Shown here in pieces: positions 1 through 11,200 of a DNA stretch of 64,000 nt (position 1 is its first letter; every line of letters starts with the position of its first letter). The position numbers were made by a program, and so were the translations under genes. The stretch spans positions 6,758,001 through 6,822,000 of the forward strand of contig NC_079169.1 in the NCBI RefSeq assembly GCF_947568905.1, read 5' to 3'. Source of the stretch: Ostrea edulis (Eukaryota). The notes beneath the pieces were generated by a model. The model worked only from the letters and a program-made list of their open reading frames with translations, made no database searches and was not told where the DNA came from.

Positions 1-1
1 A

Positions 2-281
2 CAGGGCCGTAACTGCCGATGAGGCAGACGAGGCAACTGCCTCGTCTGATTTTTTGGCAAAAAAGAAAATAAAATTATATAAATGTTATATTATAGGATA
101 TATGTTTAAAATGAAGACAAGCACCTTTGTCTTTGACACCATATTACGATTCTTTACATAGTACAAATGAAACACAAACATGATAAATTGGGATTTAAAA
201 AGTGTCATTTTCAGTCGTAAAGTCAATCGGCGGCCCCCAATCCCCTGCCTCCCCTGATTTAGAACCCTACTTACGGCCCTG
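2..281. mobile_element. 280-bp non-autonomous TIR element (MITE, hAT-like termini), copy 1
   Basis: Terminal inverted repeats CAGGGCCGTAA...TTACGGCCCTG; internal perfect hairpin CAGACGAGGCA-AC-TGCCTCGTCTG; identical by eye to 4763-5042. Confidence 0.85.
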
Positions 282-749
282 TCGGTAATTCGAAAAATAA
301 GTGCATGTACATCTTCAATTATACTCTATAGAACTTCTGACTTTCGACTTACAAGATATTCTAAAGTCATCGGGTGTAATAAATAGCTTAATGAATTTTA
401 GAATTACCATTAACCAGGATATGACATCAAGATACGGGATTGCGAGGATTAAAACTTTTGCTTTGATAGGACGATAAGTTCATCCATATGTATTTTTCAG
501 TACGAGATACTCTCATTCTCCGTAACGAATGGAAATCAGAGACAGTCATTGATATATTGCTGTTGTGTTCTATTGAAAAAGTCTGTATTATACATGTACA
601 ATGATAATTAGATACGACGAAAAAGATCCACAAAATGAATGAAAAAAGAGAGATGCATGTACTAATACCTAAAACGTCTTGCTGAAAATTGTGTCTTTCT
701 TTGACTATCGAGGAATGCATGCACATGTATAACACGCATTTTTATTAAA

Positions 750-751
<2 letters not shown>

Positions 752-787
<36 letters not shown>
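752..787. repeat. (CT)n microsatellite
   Basis: Direct reading. Confidence 0.95.
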
Positions 788-790
<3 letters not shown>

Positions 791-922
791 CTCGTGTATG
801 TTTCATGTATTATTGCGTGTTCTTGTGCAATATTATCGTATGTATATACGTACCTTTATACTGGGTGCAAATACAAATGTAAAATAAATCCGTTCGGACA
901 TAGATGTCTATTCACCAATTAT

Positions 923-1110
923 GAAAGGTGACGATAACAAATAATTCAAATTAGAGGGTTGAACAAACACAGACCCCTGGATATACCAGAGGTGGGATCA
1001 GGTGCGTAGGAGGAGTAAGCATGCTTTGTCGACCGGTCACATCCGCCGTGAGCCCTATATCTTGATCAGGTCAACGGAGTTATCCGTAGTCAAAATCAGT
1101 GTACCAAGAT
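923..1110 (-). mobile_element. Penelope-like element 3' terminal fragment
   Basis: Reverse complement of the conserved segment following the RT stop in 21598-22203 (ccagaggtgggatcaggtgc...gaccggtcaca...gtgagcc). Confidence 0.8.
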
Positions 1111-1239
1111 AAATTTAGCTATCAGTCATTGATTGACTGTTTGATATACGAGGGTAAATAAGTAACCAGTCTAACGTATTTCCGGTTGAGATCCACCTCT
1201 TCTATTTCGATGTAATTACCCTCTAGTGTAAAACTTATA

Positions 1240-1440
1240 CGGTACCAATTTTGATGCACCAGATGCGCATTTCGACAAATAATGTATCTTCAGTGATGCT
1301 CAACCGAAATGTTTGAAATCCGAAATAACTATGAAGTTATAGAGCTGAATATAGCCAAAAATAGCGTGCCAAAAGAGTGGAGCCAAATTCGTCCAAGGAT
1401 AAGAGCTATGCATGAGGGAGATAATCCTTAATTTTGAAAT
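1240..1440 (-). mobile_element. Hammerhead-bearing repeat fragment (PLE pseudo-LTR or retrozyme-like) inserted in the Mariner C-terminus
   Basis: Interrupts Mariner RRWSKC|TLEGNYIE and contains the hammerhead core below. Confidence 0.6.
1257..1298 (-). ncRNA. Minimal type I hammerhead ribozyme motif (stem II closing pair mutated)
   Basis: Minus-strand RNA CAUCA-CUGAAGA-UAC-AUUAUUU-GUC-GAAA-UGCGCA-UC-UGGUG: CUGANGA and GAAA cores, AUC cleavage triplet, stem I CAUCA/UGGUG, palindromic stem III. Confidence 0.7.
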
Positions 1441-1734
1441 GTGAATGTGAAGTGTGCACTTAGACCAACGGCGTTCAAGTGTCATAAGCCCAGAGTTGAA
1501 AACGTCAGTCCTTTCCATTGACCCTACTCTTCAACTGCCGTAACGACTTCTTCGTCAGATCGGAAATGACGTCCACGGATATCCTTTTTCAAGTTTGGTA
1601 ATAGGAAGAAGTCGCTAGGAGCTAAGTCAGGCGAATAGGCAGGATGTGGTTTTAATTCATACGCGTTTTGCTCTACAACATCCATTGCAACTTTTCAAGT
1701 CTGAACTATCACGTTGTCCTGTTGCAGCAAAACA

Positions 1735-2140
1735 CAAAACACATATAGTCAGTTTTTAAATCGAGGTAAGATACTGACAAACAAGTTGATGGTACAGGGA
1801 TTTCAACAGTCTCGATTGAAGTCAGCATTTCGCAAATTCTATGGTCGTAATAACGATCTAGTTCGTCAATACAACCTCGCATTGGGTCAAATGTTGTCTG
1901 ACGTGTTTCATACCGATTGTTAAGCCGTTCTTGGCACACTGATTTTGACTGCAGATAACTCCGTTTACCTGATCAGGATATGGGGCTCACGGCGGGTGTG
2001 ACCGGTCAACAGGGTATGCTTACTCCTCCTAGGCACCTGATCCCACCTCTGGTGTGTCCAGGGGTCCGTGTTTGCCCAACTATCTATTTTGTATTGCTTG
2101 AAGGAGTTATGAGATTGATCACTGTTCGTTATCTTCATCT
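1735..2140 (+). mobile_element. Penelope-like element fragment (RT C-terminus plus 3' end) nested in Mariner
   Basis: YSQFLNRG..LTNKLMVQGFQQSRLKSAFRKFYGR...LSDVFHTDC*, near-identical to 21638-21985; splits Mariner between KLSK and VLLQQDN. Confidence 0.85.
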
Positions 2141-2320
2141 TGCATTTAGAGAGTTTACCTCGGTGTTTTTCACGGATCGCTGTTCTCAGCTGGTCTAGCA
2201 AGTTTGCATAGTACACTCCAGTTGTTACTGTATTTCTCATAATAACCCCTTCTGCGTCCCAAAATACTGTGGTCATCACCTTGCCAACAGTTGGTTGCGT
2301 CTTGAACTTCTTTGGCCTCG

Positions 2321-2567
2321 GATCCCGTAGTGATCCGGGTTAGAATAGGTTCACAGTACCCCCTTGTCGTAAGAAGCGACTAAATGGGGCGGTCCTTCGG
2401 ATGAGACTTCAAACACCGAGGTCCCGTGGCACGGAATAGATCCCTCCCTCCCTGCTCAATGGCCATAAACGCTGCGCATAGGCCTAAATTTTGTAGCCCT
2501 TCACCGGCAGTGATGACGTCACCTTATGAGTGAAATATTCTCGAGATGGACGTTAAACAATATTCAA
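2321..2567 (+). mobile_element. SINE-like retroelement (Meta/MESC-like core, no clear tRNA head) with ~14-bp TSD
   Basis: TCTTTGGCCTCGGA at 2309-2322 and 2568-2581; homologous to copies at 6270, 21301, 30708, 39998 and 46808. Confidence 0.85.
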
Positions 2568-2832
2568 TCTTTGGCCTCGGAGACCCAGGCCCTACCCACT
2601 GACGACTCAGCTTTATTATCTGGCTCATAATAATGAACCCAAGTCTCATCTACAGTCACCAGACGCAAAAGAAAATCATCTTTTGACCTAAAACGCTCCA
2701 ACAAGGCGCTGCATATTGCTGCTCTGGCTGCTATTTGCTCATCGCTAAGGGATTTGGGGACCCAACGGGCTCTTAGCTTGCGCATACCTAACCGGTCATG
2801 TAAGATTATTGAAACGCCACCATGTGAAATAA

Positions 2833-3260
2833 GGGGCCTCCGTGGCCGAGTGATTAGAGCATCGCGCTCAATATCACACGGCCTCTAACCTCTGGTCGGC
2901 GAGGGTTCGAATTCCGCTCGCACCGGTAAGTGAGAAAGTTTCCCAGTTTACTTTCGGAAGGTCGGTGGTCTCTTCCCAGCTACATTGTATCTGGATTCTC
3001 TCTTCCACCAATAAAAATTGGGCGCCACCATATAAATGAAAAATTGTTGAATGTGGAGGAAAACAGCAAAACAAACAAACAAAAACCATATGAAATACCT
3101 AATGCCTGTGCTATTTCTTCCACCTGAATTCACCTATCAGAAGTCTCTTCCCAGGTACATTGTATCTGGGTTCTCTCTTCCACCAATAAAAACTTGGCGC
3201 CACCATATTACTGAAAAATTGTTGAGTGTGTCGGAAAACAGCAAAACAAACAAACAAAAG
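2833..3260 (+). mobile_element. tRNA-headed SINE (V-SINE-like) plus tandem duplication of its 3' half
   Basis: A-box-like GTGGCCGAGTGA, B-box GGTTCGAATTCC, (CAAA)n tail; TSD CCATGTGAAAT at 2820-2830 and 3261-3271, with variant CCATATGAAAT at 3086-3096. Confidence 0.85.
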
Positions 3261-3974
3261 CCATGTGAAATGCCTAATGCCTGCACTATTTCTTCCACCT
3301 GAATTCGCCTATCAGAGTATACAAGATCCCGAACTTTCTTACACATTTCTTCGTCGGTGGCATACAGTTGGCGTCCAGACCTGGCTTCATTTTCTAAAGA
3401 CGTTCTACCGCGTTTGAATGCCCTTACCCAGAATTTAACCTGATGGTACAGAAGACCCATAAACATCGGCTAACTCGCCGTGTATTTCCTTGCCTGTTTT
3501 GCCTTTTAAATACATGTGCCGAATCATAACATCGTACCTAACTTTAGACGAAAATCATGCCTTTGCATCACTAACCATGTTTGACATTCAATATCTTAAT
3601 AAAGAATGACTCGATACGCGTGCAATTTGGTTCCCAGGTATAAAACATGTATTGAAGAAGGTATGAAAATCGTGACCGTCTCGGTCAATCGGAAAGGCTG
3701 GATACTTGTTAACTCGCCCTCGTAACAAACACGTATATATGTATTTCTCTCCATGTTTATCCCCAAACCGTTGAAAGGTTTGCCAATTGTCAAAAAGACG
3801 ACACAATTTGCAATGTTTTACGTGGTATTTCAAATTAGGAACCAGTTTTTATTTTCGCATTGAATTTTACAGCATAGAAATAAACAAGTTTCAAAACTTA
3901 AATAAAAAAGAATCATAAATCTCAGAGCCGTATATGGGTGTCATCGCTTCCTGTATTTGTGTAGCAATTTTTTT

Positions 3975-4335
3975 TTATATTCCATTGTCACCTGCGTATG
4001 GTGTTTGTCTCAGCTGGTTCGGTGCGCGGGGCTTGTTCTGCGTGTGGTTGGTTTTTGAGTCGCGGCGGGCTGCTGGTAGACGGGTTGATGGTGTGGGGTT
4101 TCCGGCAGTCTCCTTTGGGTCAGCATCTTGCAAGTTTAGCGGTCATTGTGGCGATCTAGTTTGCCAATACAGTCTGACATTGGATCAAATGCTATCTTAC
4201 ATGTTTCGTGTCGAGTGTTGGTCCGTTTATGTTTTACTAAAAATAGCTCCGTTTAACTGATCAAGATGTGGGACTCATGTCGTGTGTGACCGGTCGACAG
4301 GGGATGCTTACTCCTCTCTGGGCACCTGATCCAGC
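3975..4335 (+). mobile_element. Degenerate Penelope-like 3' fragment
   Basis: IPLSPAYGV motif and conserved gaccggtcgacaggggatgcttactcctc...cacctgatcc tail. Confidence 0.7.
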
Positions 4336-4384
4336 TTTGAGGATGAAATCAGAGTGGTATTTAACAAAGTATTTTCTCGGATGA

Positions 4385-4762
4385 TTAATCACTAGATATG
4401 AATATTACCGTTTTTCATCTTTGTTGAAGAAGCAACTGTCTATGATGTCAAAAAGTCTAGTCTTTAATTTATCGTGAGGAATGTCGTGTAAAGTGTTGAA
4501 AAGTCATACGTTTTGATGTTGCTGATTTGAGAAAAGCTTTGCGATTTAAAGTTTGCTAAGTTCTTCAGAAATTTTCAGAACCTGCATGTGATTTACACCA
4601 CTTCTGGCATATGTAATGGCACATGTCGTTTAAGATTTTTCTTTCACAGCTGGTAATATTCTCGTATAGGGGCTTGGTACAAAACTTACTCGATCCAGGA
4701 ATATATCTTAGGGTTTTTATGAAGTTGAGGTATCCAATATAGGTACGGTAACTCATATTCTT
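4385..4762 (-). mobile_element. Penelope-like RT fragment (pseudogenised)
   Basis: Minus strand gives EYELPYLYWIPQLHK, then a frameshifted YDFSTL-type RT motif; homologous to 56420-56810; truncated at MITE copy 2. Confidence 0.8.
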
Positions 4763-5042
4763 CAGGGCCGTAACTGCCGATGAGGCAGACGAGGCAACTG
4801 CCTCGTCTGATTTTTTGGCAAAAAAGAAAATAAAATTATATAAATGTTATATTATAGGATATATGTTTAAAATGAAGACAAGCACCTTTGTCTTTGACAC
4901 CATATTACGATTCTTTACATAGTACAAATGAAACACAAACATGATAAATTGGGATTTAAAAAGTGTCATTTTCAGTCGTAAAGTCAATCGGCGGCCCCCA
5001 ATCCCCTGCCTCCCCTGATTTAGAACCCTACTTACGGCCCTG
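4763..5042. mobile_element. 280-bp MITE, copy 2 (direct orientation to copy 1)
   Basis: Same TIRs and body as 2-281; its own flanks (ATATTCTT / AAAAAGGA) do not form a TSD. Confidence 0.85.
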
Positions 5043-6065
5043 AAAAAGGATAATGAATTTGACATATTGATGTCTTGGAAAAGGAAATTCTGACATCGGG
5101 GCTTTCAAACATTGTCATTTGATAAAAGTGTTCTACATTTTTAAAAATAGAGATTAATATGTCTTTACATACATAGGTGAGAAAGTTTCCATTATTCCTA
5201 GCCGAGACATACCATGTATGCGCAAAAAATTCATAAACAAATATCACACTACTCACGTAGAAAATGTGGACCTTACCGTCATCAAGCGCAGCGAAACACG
5301 CCATTTCGAGATTATAGTCGACGAAAGCTCGGTAACAGTAATGGATAAGGTACACTCATTTTGTATCTATTTTGTGACTTTCTTTATTAAAAGGAACAGT
5401 TCTCTAATGTGTAACGTGCAATTACTACGTAATTCAATAACTTGAAGCATGAAGCAGTTTCACTTTGCCACCGGATATAAGAAATTTTATTTCGTATTCC
5501 GATCCCAATCGAAAGTTGTTGACTGGGAATGACGTGTTTTAATTCAATCTACATGTAACATCAAGCATTTTTTATATCACATTAAATACACCAAATATAT
5601 ACACATACACAATGTTGTAGAGTTATTTCTTGTAAATTTTCTGAGGTTTCGCACCATATTCGATATTTCGAGCCACGGTGTCAATAGGGCTTGTGTGCAG
5701 TTGTCGTTCGTTTCCCTATCAATGTTTATAGGTGACGCTGCGCTACAAACGACAATTTTCAACCTTATCTTTTATTTTTCTATGTCTATCAGTATCAATT
5801 TGATCGAAATCTTGTATTCGAATTGATTTGAATACAATATCATTGCATTTATTTACATGTCAATTATCAAAATTAGATTAATTCAGAAAAGTTACATGGA
5901 TTATTTAATGGCGGATGTTTATAAAAGTTTATGTTGATTTACCTAGGAGTAAATCAGCTGACACAGAACCCCAGCTGACGACCACTATACAAATCAATAC
6001 AAATTACTGCGCAGAAAAGTGCGTGATGACCCAGGGAGATTGAACATAGTTCAACTCCCAAAAAT

Positions 6066-6260
6066 GTAATCGGGAGGTCGTGAGTTCGAGTCCCGCTCGG
6101 GCCATGTCCGCATCAAACCTAAGATAAGTAGTGATTGCTCCTTCGCCAAATGTTCTATATTTAGAAATGAGAATCACGGGTCTTTCGGATATGACATTAA
6201 AAACGGAGGTCCTGTGTCGCGACAGGCATTGGCACGTTGAAGAGCGTTAAGCATGGGGTG
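6066..6260 (+). mobile_element. tRNA-headed SINE with Meta-like core (5' part; tail displaced to ~8164-8260)
   Basis: B-box GAGTTCGAGTCCC; core tcggatatgac..aaaacggaggtcctgtgtcgc..ggcacgtt; ATAGGTCTA at 6261-6269 and 8164-8172 brackets a ~1.9-kb nested insertion. Confidence 0.7.
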
Positions 6261-6269
6261 ATAGGTCTA

Positions 6270-6487
6270 TTGCTTGATTGTATATTGTTTAACGTCCCGC
6301 TCGGGAATATTTTTACTCATATGGAGACGTCACCATTACCTGTGAAAGGCTGCAAAATCTAGGCTCGGCGCTTAAGGCCTTTGAGCAGGGAGGATTCTTT
6401 ATCGTGCTACACCTGCGGTGACATGGGGCCTCGGTTTTGTGGTCTCGCCCGAAGGACCGCCCCATTTAGTCGTCTCTTACGAGAATT
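6270..6487 (-). mobile_element. Headless Meta-like SINE (3' two-thirds)
   Basis: Homologous to 21301-21576. Confidence 0.85.
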
Positions 6488-6655
6488 ATCGTAACAAAAA
6501 TCGCAGCACAGTATATATAGACACTTGCTCGGGATAAAAATGTGTAAACTTCATATATTTGGTCAGAAATTAAGAGATGCAGCCAATCGCACATAACTGA
6601 CTAAAGGTCAATCGTTTGCAGAAATTGTTTATTTGAAAGAAAAACAAGAGGGTTA

Positions 6656-7048
6656 CCAGGGGCGGATACAGGAATTGCGGTTACGGGGGCACCACTTTAT
6701 GAGACAGGGCGAAGCCCTGGTGGGGGTCCAGGGGGCGAATCCCCCGGAAGCTTCTGAATTTTACAGATTTTATAGGGCTTGAAATATGTCTCTTATTTAA
6801 GCCATTTGTACTATTTTCTATCATTTTTGATAAGGTGAAATTAGTAAAATGACGTAGATTTTAAGGGTTTTTGGAAAAAGTGATTTTGTCATTTATTTCT
6901 CCGGGAGTGGAAGAATTTATTGTTTATTTTATCGTTTAGTACATTTTTCTGAACAAGATACCGCGATTTACCTTAAATTTGAAAAATTTAAGTGGGGGGG
7001 GGGGGGGGGGGGAGGCGCCGGCTGCGCCCCCCTTAAATCCGCTACTGG
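6656..7048. mobile_element. MITE, PIF/Harbinger-like
   Basis: Imperfect TIR CCAGGGGCGGAT...ATCCGCTACTGG, flanked by TTA on both sides (6653-6655, 7049-7051). Confidence 0.7.
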
Positions 7049-8394
7049 TTATGCAAAAAGTAGAAAATAAATTTGAAAGCGCATTACTTATAAGTTTAAA
7101 TTTGAGTTCAATATAGATATTGCATATTTTGAAGAAATGGCAAATACGGTAAGAAACTCTGAAGAAGATCGATAGATATATAAACTAAGAGCGGGAGACA
7201 CTCGGCATCATTCGGAAAACAAAAGCTGGCAGTTCGAATTCTAACAGTGGGGTAGAAGGCTGCTCCCCATTCACCTGTGGGATTGGTGCCTAGGAAATCA
7301 GACTTACCTCGTTACCGAGAAGTGAAATTGGGATTATTTAAAATAAAAAGAGAATAGATACGATAGACCTATTCACGGATCCTCACAGAGCTTGGGTCAG
7401 AAGTCTACTGCTCTTGGACCGAGGATTATCAGAGTTGTCTTTCGTTTCCTTTATCACTTCTCACCAAGATCCCGTAGTGGATTATTTATCTATATGTCTG
7501 CATTGCAGACTTACCGACACTCAAATACTCATTATATTTGAGGTCAGTTGAATATTAAGGTGCGAGTCTGGAATGGTGCTAACACTGACATGGTAACTGG
7601 TGGAGATCTGGATTTCGGTTTAATTGAATCGTTTAATAAAAGGCCTGTTATGATAAATGGTGAGAATCCGGTTTTGAACATGGGCATTGCAATGAGAATT
7701 TATGGATAAACCAACGGCTTCAACGCATTGAACACCGTTACAATGTTCGTTGCGTGCAGTTGGATTGTTTTCGTCATTTTCTCCGGAAGCGTTTGTTCAA
7801 CCCGATTTGGAAGAACCGGAAATTTGTTTCAACCCAAACACTTACATTTCCAGTTTTGTTTTCTCCGGAACACGTACGTTAAACGAGGAATCTCCATCAA
7901 CACTTGATCACAACCAACGAAACAACGACTCAAAACGAACAACTTTATTTTCAGGAAATAATCTCTAAACTACAAACGGAAATAAGCTCTAAACTACAAA
8001 CGTAAAGGATATAACACCCCCAGTTTTTGAGGATTATAATCTTGTGGCTGGACAACGACGAATTCCGCAACTATCGGATCATGGGACATCATATCCTGTT
8101 CCTGGACAGCTGAACCAACACAGTGACGATATAACCGGAATACACGGATCCTCACATGAATGCATAGGTCTAAATTTGTGGTACTTCACCTATAGTTCTT
8201 GATGTCTCAACCTGACGTAAAACAAACAAACAATCAATCAACCTTTTCATTCAAACAATTTCAAATGATCTATTTGGCAGTCGACGGTCAAACCCATCTG
8301 ACCGCCACATTCCCCCTTCCGTAATTTTCTTTCAGAATTTACATTTAAACGTAAACACTATGGTTCCAAAGATTTCTTTAAACTGTATGCGTGG

Positions 8395-8435
8395 TTTTTG
8401 GTGGATGTGTGTGAGTGGGTCACATGAAGGTGCTG

Positions 8436-8488
<53 letters not shown>

Positions 8489-8886
8489 TGAGTGGGTCAC
8501 ATGGAGGTGCTGTTTATGGTGGATGTGTGTGAGTGGGTCACATGAAGGTGCTGTTTTTGGTGGATATGTGTGAGTGGGTCACATGAAGGTGCTGTTTTTG
8601 GTGGATGTGTGTGAGTGGGTCACATGAAGGTGCTGTTTTTGGTGGATGTGTGTGAGTGGGTCACATGAAGGTGCTGTTTTTGGTGGATGTGTGTGAGTGG
8701 GTCACATGAAGGTGCTGTTTTTGGTGGATGTGTGTGAGTGGGTCACATGGAGGTGGTGCTTTCTGGTGTGAGTGGGTCACATGGGGGTGCTGTTTTTGGT
8801 GGGTGGTGGATGTGTGTGAGTGGGTCACACAAAGGTACTGTTTTTGGTGGATGTGTGTGAGTGGGTCACATGAAGGTGCTGTTTTT

Positions 8887-8971
<85 letters not shown>

Positions 8972-9027
8972 CACATGGAGGTGCTGTTTATGGTGGATGT
9001 GTGTGAGTGGGTCACATGAAGGTGCTG

Positions 9028-9120
<93 letters not shown>

Positions 9121-9181
9121 TGGGTCACATGGAGGTGCTGTTTATGGTGGATGTGTGTGAGTGGGTCACATGAAGGTGCTG

Positions 9182-9221
<40 letters not shown>

Positions 9222-9310
9222 CTGTGTGTGTGTGTGAGTGGGTCACATGGAGGTGATGTTTTCTGGTGTGTTTGACTATGTGTATGAGTTGGTCACATGG
9301 AGGTGGTGTT
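8395..9310. repeat. 41-bp minisatellite interleaved with (GT)n tracts
   Basis: Unit GGTGGATGTGTGTGAGTGGGTCACATGAAGGTGCTGTTTTT; the internal GT run expands into long microsatellites in some units. Confidence 0.95.
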
Positions 9311-10328
9311 GGAAAAGGGGAAACACATGAACTAGTTTTCTACAAACACTAGATCCTTGGGAAATTTTATATCAGAAATTAATATACATTCAAGTACATA
9401 TAGATAAAGACTTTTCATGTGTTTACATGAATAACTACCGGAATCAGTGTACTGACGGCGACATTAGATGACGTGGTGCGATGACAGACCACGAATCCAT
9501 ACATTCTTGAATGTCTTTGGAAATCAGTTACGTCCATACTACACCAATGAAGTGTTTGGATTTCTTGCAAATGGTTCTTAGATTTTAATGTCACATAAAT
9601 GAGAATTTTCATTTTTACATTTCCCATGAAAATAGAATTCACATTTCAGACAATTTTTCGACTGAAAATCAGCAGACCTATCTAACAACAAAATCTTACT
9701 AACATTTCTGTTATTTATGTACGTGTAGTTAGATGGAAAAAAACTACGAGTGAATCTAATTCTTTTAAAATCAATATTATTATATACATGAACATGTAAT
9801 TTCCTTCTAATCCCTGATCTTACCTGAGCAAGCATGTATTCACTTTTGAAATGAAACTTTATTTCATTTCTAGTTTTATGTGCATGATCACGATAACGCA
9901 AACGCAAGGAGAATCGGCTGCGTTTGACAGTTTATTTATTTGCCTAGAATATGTATAGCGCCGCCGTTACTAATCACAGATACATGTAGATGTATAATCA
10001 AGTATAATTAATTCATTTCAAAACGTACTAAATTTTCATAGTGGAAATCCAATGACCTATTCATATGAAGATCTCAGATTCCATATTGATACCATGACAA
10101 CATATTATCGCTAGGGAGTATTTTATCTGTATATTTGAGTGATGTGAGAAGCATATACATTTATTATCTTTCAAGTAGCTATGTAAAAACAATGTGTAAA
10201 CAATATGAAGAATTTGGTTGCTATGGTATATATGTATTTTTGGTTGCTATGATATCTTTTATTGTTGCTAAGGTGTTTTTCATGAAATACTTATGAAGAT
10301 GATTTTTTAAAATACATTTTCCTTCTAT

Positions 10329-10487
10329 CGCCGGTAAGTGAGAAAGTTTCCCAGTTTACTTTCGGTCGGTGGTCTCTTCCCAAGTACATTGTATCTGGGT
10401 TCTCTCTTCCACCAATAAAAACTGGGCGCCACCAGATAACTGAAAAAGTGTTGAGTGTGGCGGAAAACATCAATCAATCAATCAATC
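10329..10487 (+). mobile_element. 5'-truncated V-SINE-like copy
   Basis: Matches 2923-3080; (ATCA)n tail. Confidence 0.85.
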
Positions 10488-11121
10488 ACATAATGTAACT
10501 AATGTAAGACGATAATTAAAAAAAAAAAGAAGAGAAAAATTCAAGTGAAAGTTGGATGGTGTGGTATATTTTGGTTGCTAGGACATATTTCTTTTGTTGC
10601 TATCTTTTTTTTAATGAATATGTTCTGATAATTCTAAGGGAAATTAAAGCAAAATGAAATGGAAACTATTGTGTGCATCATTAATTCTTAAAATAGCATT
10701 ATAACTATTACATTTAAACATTTGCCTTTATCCGTATATATATATATATTAATGAACAAAAGCTACCCAAATTTGATATTTTAGAATGAACATTGCTGAA
10801 ATCTGAAGGGGGCATAAAATGGCCCACACTGAAATATTTTTCACGATAAGGTTTGGTTTATTAACGACAAATAGCGAATGCATCCACTAGAAGAAATAGT
10901 GCATCTTTCAAGTCTGTAATGTTTCAGTGTCCATTATATATAGCTCTATACTGACCACTAGTGTGTTATCATGCTATTCTCCCAAATCTGCCCAACAAGA
11001 AGATTCTGATGTCCGCCGCCGGCGTTTTCTGTAACCTCGCAGCTCTGTACATTTCTTACCCATTGGCAAAAGTTACAATACATGTATATATGATATACGG
11101 TACCCTTCGTAACTAATCGCC

Positions 11122-11124
<3 letters not shown>

Positions 11125-11196
<72 letters not shown>
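11125..11196. repeat. (CT)n microsatellite
   Basis: Direct reading. Confidence 0.95.

Positions 11197-11200
<4 letters not shown>

Larger units (their letters stand above)
1147..3724 (-). mobile_element. Mariner (DD34D) transposon, pseudogenised, with four nested insertions
   Basis: Imperfect TIRs TACGAGGG...AAGTAwCCAG at 1147-1170 and 3698-3724 with terminal TA. Minus-strand fragments in correct order: KFWVRAFKRGRTSLENEARSGR, RARWVPKSL, VTVDETWVHYY, VMTTVFWDAEGV, LLQQDN, HPAYSPDLAPSDFFLLPNLK. Confidence 0.9.

Noticed and set aside
2833-2925. tRNA gene (also 6066 and 18432)
   Set aside because: A/B boxes only, no full cloverleaf, and each runs into a SINE body or repeat.
8728-9237. Cys/Val-rich ORFs
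   Set aside because: Translations of (GT)n and the minisatellite.
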